From NCBI GenBank assembly GCA_964461265.1, contig CAYWTS010000001.1:161025-225024 (forward strand): a DNA stretch of 64,000 bases, read 5' to 3'. The notes under the pieces are model-generated. The model was given only the letters and a program-made list of their open reading frames with translations. It was not told the DNA's origin and did no database searches. The stretch's first letter is position 1, and each line of letters begins with the position of its first letter. The DNA comes from an uncultured Ignavibacteriales bacterium (GTDB taxonomy: Bacteria; Bacteroidota; Ignavibacteria; Tepidaquicellales; OLB5). Both the position numbers and the translations under genes were made by a program. This document shows, in pieces, positions 19,010 to 25,417 of the stretch.

Positions 19010-20257
19010 TTATTGTCCGTATCTATCAATAATTTCCTGCTTTGTTTTATGAAGAATATCATATTTCTTACCCACTTTCACAAATGCATCAAGTGCTTTT
19101 TCAAGGTGGTGCATATCGTGTGCAGCCGAGAGCTGTGTCCGTATCCTTGCCTGCCCTTTTGCTACTACAGGGAAAAAGAAGCCGACAGCATAAATACCTT
19201 CAGCGTATAAATCACGTGCGAAATCCTGCGAAAGCTTTGCATTGAAAAGCATGACTGGAACTATGGGTGTTTCGCCTTCTTTAATAATGATACCGGCATC
19301 GGTAAGTGATTTACGCCAGAACTGTGTATTGCATTCAAGCTTATCCCTGCGTTCGGTTGTTTGAAAAATGATATTCAGCACCGCTAATGCACCTGCAACA
19401 ACAACCGGCGGCACAGTATTAGAGAACAAATAAGGCCGTGCTTTCTGCCTGCACATCTCAACAAGCTCACGCCTGCCTGAAACACATCCGCCAGATGCTC
19501 CACCGAGTGCTTTGCCAAGTGTTGTTGTGATTATATCTATTTTACCGAATACTCCGCAATGTTCATGTGTTCCCCTGCCGGTTTTGCCGATAAATCCAGA
19601 TGCGTGAGAATCATCTACAAACACCATAGCATTGTATTTATCTGCAAGTTCAACAATTTTATCAAGTTTAGCCAAATCACCATCCATAGAAAATGCACCA
19701 TCTGTAATCACCATTCTCACACGCTTATCTTTATGAAGGTGAAGCTTTTGCTCAAGATGAGCCATGTCGGAATGTTTATAAGTATCCTGCTGTGCTTTGC
19801 ATAACCTCATACCGTCAACAATAGACGCATGAACAAGCCTATCGGCAATCATTACATCCTTTTCTGATAAAATAGCTTCGAAAACACCGGCATTGGCATC
19901 CATACATGATGGGAAAAGTATAGTATCCTCGGTACCAAGGAATTCTGTAAGCTTTTTTTCAAGTTCCTTATGAATATCCTGTGTTCCGCAGATAAACCTA
20001 ACCGAAGACATCCCGTATCCGCGAGCTTCTAAACCTTCATGTGCTGCTTTTATTACATCAGGGTGAGATGAAAGTCCAAGGTAATTATTAGCGCACATGT
20101 TTATAACCTTTTTCTTATCCGAACCAATAGGGAATTCAACTTCGATATCCGAGCTTTGAGGTGAACAAATAGCTCTTTCTTCTTTAAAAATACCGGCTAA
20201 ACGGAGATTTTCTAACTCCCCGGTATATATTTGCCTTAATTCTGCTGTATATGACAT
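19010..20257 (-). CDS. Second, divergent Kbl-type alpha-oxoamine synthase (PLP), encoded with a carrier protein
   Basis: MCANNYLGLSSHP, SVRFICGTQ, DRLVHASIVDG, DDSHA, TTLGKALGG and KARPYLFSN, plus N-terminal loop and C-terminal extensions relative to kbl. Confidence 0.9.
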   Translation of the reverse strand: MSYTAELRQIYTGELENLRLAGIFKEERAICSPQSSDIEVEFPIGSDKKKVINMCANNYLGLSSHPDVIKAAHEGLEARGYGMSSVRFICGTQDIHKELEKKLTEFLGTEDTILFPSCMDANAGVFEAILSEKDVMIADRLVHASIVDGMRLCKAQQDTYKHSDMAHLEQKLHLHKDKRVRMVITDGAFSMDGDLAKLDKIVELADKYNAMVFVDDSHASGFIGKTGRGTHEHCGVFGKIDIITTTLGKALGGASGGCVSGRRELVEMCRQKARPYLFSNTVPPVVVAGALAVLNIIFQTTERRDKLECNTQFWRKSLTDAGIIIKEGETPIVPVMLFNAKLSQDFARDLYAEGIYAVGFFFPVVAKGQARIRTQLSAAHDMHHLEKALDAFVKVGKKYDILHKTKQEIIDRYGQ

Positions 20258-20403
20258 AATTTATTATCTCCCTTCCCGCAATAGCGGATAAAATCCGGTG
20301 GGGATCTACATTTAAATTAGTAAAAGTATTTAGATTAAACGATAAAGTGAAAAATGTGAAGTGACTCTGCTAATATGAAATTTTAGAAATATTATTTTAG
20401 CAG

Positions 20404-20423
20404 ATTCCTGTTTCCGCAGGAAT
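20404..20423. repeat. dRS3-like palindrome variant ATTCCT-N8-AGGAAT
   Basis: attcctgtttccgcaggaat, 9 nt beyond the ACP stop codon. Confidence 0.7.
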
Positions 20424-20432
20424 TATTCTAAT

Positions 20433-20684
20433 CTAACTCACATTAAACTCTTTTAACAGTTTAACTATGTTATTCACACTGTCAAATGCTTCGGGTGATG
20501 CTTTGGCATCAGGTATCTGGATACCATATTTTGTTTCCAGGAAAACCTTAAGCGAAACCATCGAAAAAGAATCAACAATACCGCCGGAAATTAATGGTGT
20601 ATCGTAGGTAACTTCCCTGTCATCACCTTCTTCGAGGTATTCGTTTCTTACATATTCAAGAACTACATCTTTAATATTTTCCAT
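20433..20684 (-). CDS. Stand-alone acyl/aminoacyl carrier protein
   Basis: 83 aa, acidic, with the phosphopantetheine motif GIVDSFSMV and ending FDSVNNIV. Confidence 0.9.
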   Translation of the reverse strand: MENIKDVVLEYVRNEYLEEGDDREVTYDTPLISGGIVDSFSMVSLKVFLETKYGIQIPDAKASPEAFDSVNNIVKLLKEFNVS

Positions 20685-20772
20685 ATTATAAAAATTTAAT
20701 GATTATAATTGTTTTACACAAGAGGTTTTTTCAAAGAAATCCCTTCTGGACAGAACTTTAATGAGATTTATG

Positions 20773-22491
20773 TTATAAGTCATTTTCCAGAGTGGAAATA
20801 TCTCCTATATCCGTTCCCCATTCCTTAGCGCGGAGCACACGCCTCATTATTTTCCCGCTGCGTGTTTTTGGCAAAGAATCCAGAAACTCAATTTCCTGCG
20901 GCATAGCTAAAGCCGAAAGTTTCTTCCTTACAAAATTCATAATTTCAAGCTCAAGCATTTTCGATTTTGTATAACCGGGTTTTAGTGCAATAAATGCTTT
21001 CACAACCTCCATATTAACCTGATCGGGTTTACCGACTGCTGCTGATTCAGCGACAGCAGGATGCTCAAGCAAAGCTGATTCTATCTCAAATGGTCCCACC
21101 AGGTGACCGGCAGTATTTATCACATCATCATCACGTCCAACAAACCAATAATAACCATCCTCATCTATCGAAGCTCTGTCACCGCATAAGTACCAGCCAT
21201 TTGCAAATTTTTTATCGTAAGTTTCCTTATTATTCCAGTAAGCTCTCATCATCGAAGGCCAGCCGGGTTTGAGTGCTATCATCCCCACAACGCCTCTTTT
21301 TTCTAAAGGGAGGTGAGTTTTTAAATCGACAACATTTGCAGTAATTCCCGGAAAAGCTTTACCCATTGAACCCGGTTTAATTTTCATACCTGGGTAGTTG
21401 CTGATAACAATGCTTCCGGTTTCCGTCTGCCAGTAAGTGTCGTGAAACGGCAGACCGAATACTTCTTCCGACCAAATTACAGCTTCTGCATTCAAAGGTT
21501 CACCTACACTTGCCAAATGACGAAGTGATGATAAGTCATATTTACGCACAATTTCTTTTCCTTCTTTCATCAATGCCCTTATTGCAGTTGGTGCCGAATA
21601 CCAAACCGTAATTTTATGCTTTTCGATGAACCGATACCAGTTCTCTGCTGTAAATCCTGAATCAAGAACACATTGTGTAATTCCGTTTGACCATGGCCCT
21701 ATTATTCCGTAAGAAGTGCCGGTTACCCATCCCGGATCAGCAGTACACCAGTATACGTCATTCTCTCTCAGGTCAAGCACATATTTTGCTGAAATATATT
21801 GTGCTATTAAAGAGTAATGCACATGTTGTGCACCTTTAGGTTTTCCTGTAGTTCCGGAAGTATAGTGCAGAACGGAAGGAGTTTCAGCCTTAGCAGGATA
21901 TATGTTGAAATTCTCAATTTTTTCAAGTTTATCAAGATGAAATACTATTTCTTTATCGCGTAAAGGTTTACTGCCATCGTCATCTATAATAATTATATAT
22001 TTCATAAAAGGCATATCTTTGAGAATATTCCGAACCTTTGGTAAGTGTTTCTTCTGTGTTAATATTGCTGAAGTTTTTGCATCATCAAGTCTTGTAAAGA
22101 GTGATTCTGAACCGAATGCAGAATATAATGGCTGAACTATGCCTCCCATTTTCAATACACCGAGAAATCCAAAATATAATTCAGGAACCTTATCCATAAA
22201 CAAACATATTCTCTCACCCGGTCTTAATCCGAGATCATTAAGATACTTTGCAATTCCATTGGTTAATATTCGGGCATCGTTGAAAGTGTACTTTTTAACA
22301 TTCCCTTGGTGGTCTTCCCATATGAGTGCCGGTTTATCAGCATGTCCAAGTCTGCAAATCCTATCTGTACAGAATACACCGATATTTATTACATCACCAT
22401 CTTTATATCCGAGTTCTTTCTTAGAAATATCCCATGAAAAATCGTTATAAATTTCATCATACGGTTTCATGTTATATGTATAGTTAAACAT
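20773..22491 (-). CDS. Acetate--CoA ligase-like adenylate-forming enzyme (short-chain type)
   Basis: YTSGTTGKPKG, WCTADPGWVTG, SVGEPLN, DTYWQTETG, GRDDDVIN and PKTRSGKIMRR. Confidence 0.92.
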   Translation of the reverse strand: MFNYTYNMKPYDEIYNDFSWDISKKELGYKDGDVINIGVFCTDRICRLGHADKPALIWEDHQGNVKKYTFNDARILTNGIAKYLNDLGLRPGERICLFMDKVPELYFGFLGVLKMGGIVQPLYSAFGSESLFTRLDDAKTSAILTQKKHLPKVRNILKDMPFMKYIIIIDDDGSKPLRDKEIVFHLDKLEKIENFNIYPAKAETPSVLHYTSGTTGKPKGAQHVHYSLIAQYISAKYVLDLRENDVYWCTADPGWVTGTSYGIIGPWSNGITQCVLDSGFTAENWYRFIEKHKITVWYSAPTAIRALMKEGKEIVRKYDLSSLRHLASVGEPLNAEAVIWSEEVFGLPFHDTYWQTETGSIVISNYPGMKIKPGSMGKAFPGITANVVDLKTHLPLEKRGVVGMIALKPGWPSMMRAYWNNKETYDKKFANGWYLCGDRASIDEDGYYWFVGRDDDVINTAGHLVGPFEIESALLEHPAVAESAAVGKPDQVNMEVVKAFIALKPGYTKSKMLELEIMNFVRKKLSALAMPQEIEFLDSLPKTRSGKIMRRVLRAKEWGTDIGDISTLENDL

Positions 22492-22804
22492 TAATTAACT
22501 CCTGTTTGACAAAATATAAGGTTTGTTATTTAGATATGTTAATTGTAAGTACTTATAATTATTCCTGACAAAAAAGTAAAAATCTTTCACCACACAAAAT
22601 TATTAAAAATGATAAAAAATCATTCATATCATAAACAAAAATAAGACGCAGAACAGGTTAAAAACTATGATTTATATCAGGTTTAAAAGATGTATTTATC
22701 AGGAATTTAGAGAAATTATATTGTATAAATGCAGGAATCTATCTTGTAATGTGCAGATACCCTAATAAAAAGACAAAAAAGGGCGTTTTAAAATTGTTTT
22801 ATAA

Positions 22805-22954
22805 CCACAGACTTTATGCCTGTCTAACCACGACTCTTTCGAACCTTTGACTGGAGTTGCAGGCAGGTCTGCGTTGCAATTTTCTTGCATACTCGTCCTG
22901 CTAACAGGAAGGTTAAAGATTTTAAGCAAGAAAATTGCCTTATGAGACAGCCAC
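22805..22954 (-). ncRNA. Candidate structured RNA: SRP-RNA-like long hairpin preceded by a 13-bp stem domain
   Basis: Shares tctttcgaacc (22835-22845) and flanking blocks with ffs (15068-15078). Stems are gcagac/gtctgt and tgcctg/caggca, with a GAAA tetraloop. gcaattttcttgc (22876-22888) pairs perfectly with 22926-22938. Confidence 0.55.
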
Positions 22955-22977
22955 TTTTAAAAATGATACGCTAATTC

Positions 22978-23415
22978 TCAGTTTCCGGCTTCACCAACGT
23001 TTAACTCTGTAACATTTACCTGCTGTTGTGAAGACATTGTGCACCTGCCATTGAAGGTGCAGCCCTCTTCGGTAATTATGTTCACTACATTTATATCACC
23101 GTTAACCGAAGAACCCTTTTTCAGGTCAAGCCTGTGAGCTTCGATGTTACCGCTTATTGTGCCATAAACGACGACCTCGGATGAGCAGACATTTCCTTCG
23201 ACCTTCCCCTTAACGCCGATAATAATTCCGCTTTCACCCGTTAGGTCGCCTTTTATGGTTCCGTCAATTCTCGTAAAGGTGGGAATGTAAAAATTTCCTT
23301 CAACCTTACACCCTTCGCCAATAAGTGTTTGAACATCCCTAGAAGAAGACTTTGATACAATTGGTGTGTGAGAATGTGTTTCTATTTCTCTGCTTTTTTC
23401 TTTTCCACCAAACAT
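22978..23415 (-). CDS. Bactofilin (polymer-forming cytoskeletal protein)
   Basis: TLIGEG.KVEGN...RIDGTIKGD...VVVYGTISGNI...V.GDI....EEGCTFNG. Confidence 0.93.
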   Translation of the reverse strand: MFGGKEKSREIETHSHTPIVSKSSSRDVQTLIGEGCKVEGNFYIPTFTRIDGTIKGDLTGESGIIIGVKGKVEGNVCSSEVVVYGTISGNIEAHRLDLKKGSSVNGDINVVNIITEEGCTFNGRCTMSSQQQVNVTELNVGEAGN

Positions 23416-23468
23416 TTTAAAACCTCCTTTTTACCCCGTTTAATACGGGTAATTATTCTTGAATAAAT

Positions 23469-24281
23469 TTAATCAAAATGTATAAAAGAATTTGGGTCAA
23501 TATCCTCATTATTCCTCCTTATTTCGTAATGTAAATGAGGACCTGTTGACCTTCCTGTTGAACCTATGTAGCCAATTAAATCTCCAGCGTTAACCTGCTG
23601 GTTTTGAATAACATTAACTTTCGATAAATGACCATAGATTACCGTTAACCCTTCATCATGTCTTAACACAACAGCATTTCCATATCCAAAATACCAATCG
23701 CATCTTTCGACAACCCCTTTACCTGTAGCGAATACCGGATCACCCCATTCACCTTTGAAATCTATTCCCGGGTGAAACTCCCCATTGTAACCGCCAAATG
23801 GATTTTTTCTGTAACCATATTCAGAACTAACATTTCCGTGATATGGAAATCCTAACGGAATATTCTCAAACGTATTCATAAAAAGCAGCGACTGTTCCAC
23901 ATATTTATCGACTTTATCAAATACTATCTTTTCTTGTTCGGAGGGAATATTCCTGTAGACCCCTCTTTCGATAAGATAGTTATTAAGCTTCGTAATATTC
24001 GATTCAATATAATTAATTTTTTCAGTAAGTTTAGCACTGTCAAGCAATGCAACTTCTTTCTTAATACGTGTTATCTCGTTGAAAAGCTTTTCATTTTGTA
24101 TTTTTGTAAGATAATAGGTTATTATAAATACCGCTATAGCAAAAACAAACAAAAATGACACCCCTGCGAGGACTTTAAAATATTTCTTGAAATTCCTAAT
24201 AAAAGTTGTTTTAATTTTAAATGTCTTCGGAGCAGTCCCATCATAGCTCATAATAATAACCGTAGTCTTTTTTTTGTCCAT
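23469..24281 (-). CDS. M23 family metallo-endopeptidase with an N-terminal TM anchor and coiled coil
   Basis: HPGID (HxxxD), YGHLS and STGPHLHYE (HxH). TM helix at about aa 35-57. Confidence 0.93.
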   Translation of the reverse strand: MDKKKTTVIIMSYDGTAPKTFKIKTTFIRNFKKYFKVLAGVSFLFVFAIAVFIITYYLTKIQNEKLFNEITRIKKEVALLDSAKLTEKINYIESNITKLNNYLIERGVYRNIPSEQEKIVFDKVDKYVEQSLLFMNTFENIPLGFPYHGNVSSEYGYRKNPFGGYNGEFHPGIDFKGEWGDPVFATGKGVVERCDWYFGYGNAVVLRHDEGLTVIYGHLSKVNVIQNQQVNAGDLIGYIGSTGRSTGPHLHYEIRRNNEDIDPNSFIHFD

Positions 24282-24459
24282 AAGTATAATGCTGGCTCCT
24301 AAAAGCCAAAATATTAAAAATTACTGTTAATTCAGAAAAACCGGATTGGTTGAATGTAGTTTAAATATAAGTAATTAAATAATTAAATAAAAGGAAGTTA
24401 CTCAGCAAAGTTCATTAACATAATTCATTTGTACAAAACCGATAATAACAGAACACTGA

Positions 24460-24550
24460 CCCGCCATCTGGCGGGCTGAAAAAAATGGAGAAATACAGAT
24501 GTACTCCATGATCTCTCCTCCCTTTGTGAGAAGGAGGGGGGCAGGGTGTT
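24460..24550. repeat. Two GC-rich palindromic repeats in the intergenic spacer
   Basis: cccgccatctggcggg at 24460-24475 and ctcctccctttgtgagaaggagggggcagggtg from 24514. Confidence 0.6.
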
Positions 24551-24843
24551 GAATTTTAAGATCTCAAAGTCCCTAATAAATTTTAAATGAACAAATATGT
24601 TTTTCAATATTTAGTTAAGTTACAAATTATTTTAAACAGCACTGAAACAAAATCCAAAATTTCCAATGAAGACTAAAGACAAGATGTTAAAAATACAGTA
24701 ATTTGAGAATAATAAAACAATTTCAACATGCTTCCATACAATTTTGAATATAATAATATTTTGAAAATTAAGATGATATTGACAATTTTATCTAAAAATC
24801 TCAAAATTTGATTTTAATATTTGACTTGATTTGGTATTTGCAT

Positions 24844-24858
24844 GCCTGCAGCAGACGG
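24844..24858. repeat. CCTGC-family palindrome remnant
   Basis: gcctgcagcagacgg, a close match to 30268-30283. Confidence 0.5.
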
Positions 24859-24877
24859 GAAATATGATATTTAAACA

Positions 24878-25345
24878 TTAAAAAATGTATGGTACTAATT
24901 TCCAGCTTATTAACTGGTACTTGGTGTATTCGGGAAACTTTTTGACAAGGAAAATTTCCTCTTTTCTGATTTTATAAATTAAAAACATCACAGCAATTAG
25001 CCATACAACAAAGAGATACAGAATTGTATAGTAAATACTTAACCCTAAAAAAGCAAGTAATAGCGATAAATAGAAGGGATGACGAACTTTGGAATAAATC
25101 CCCTGAGTTACAAGTGAAGAACTATCAAGAGGTATCGGATTAGGTGAAACTGGTTGTTGGAAACTTATTAATGCCCATACTAAAGTGAAAATACTGATAA
25201 TACATAGCAATAAACCGATTGTTTTTAAACTTAGAGGAGCGTATGATGTAAAATTGGTTTCTATTTATAGAACAATAAAAAAAATAACAATAATAATAAA
25301 TTGTATAGCTACCAATGCCCAGCCGAACTTTTTATCCTTGTTCAA
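24878..25345 (-). pseudogene. Isoprenylcysteine carboxyl methyltransferase (ICMT/PEMT) family gene with one premature stop
   Basis: TTG at 25345 gives MNKDKKFGWALVAIQFIIIVIFFIVL*IETNF..., in frame with the ORF 24878-25210 (LVTQGIYSKVRHPFY, EEIFL..KFPEY). The TAA is at 25265-25267. Confidence 0.75.
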
Positions 25346-25417
25346 ACTTATTATTACTTTTTTTATGTATAATTTTTATTGTTAATGAACAATGATAAAT
25401 GTTAATTGATAATTGAA

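Noticed and set aside
22805-22880. c-di-GMP-I riboswitch reading of the SRP-like hairpin
   Set aside because: It has a CAAA...UUCGAAAGA likeness but lacks the following GACGCAAAG segment and second stem. The collinear match to ffs is better. An Infernal run is still needed.
24425-24607. 60-aa ORF containing PPSFSQREERS
   Set aside because: It is a chance frame through GC-rich repeats, with no RBS or recognisable motif.
7746-25345. Stop-codon reassignment or read-through explaining the in-frame TAA/TAG codons
   Set aside because: TAA and TAG terminate most conserved genes here, and the DUF1697 remnant also has a frameshift, so ordinary decay explains the stops.
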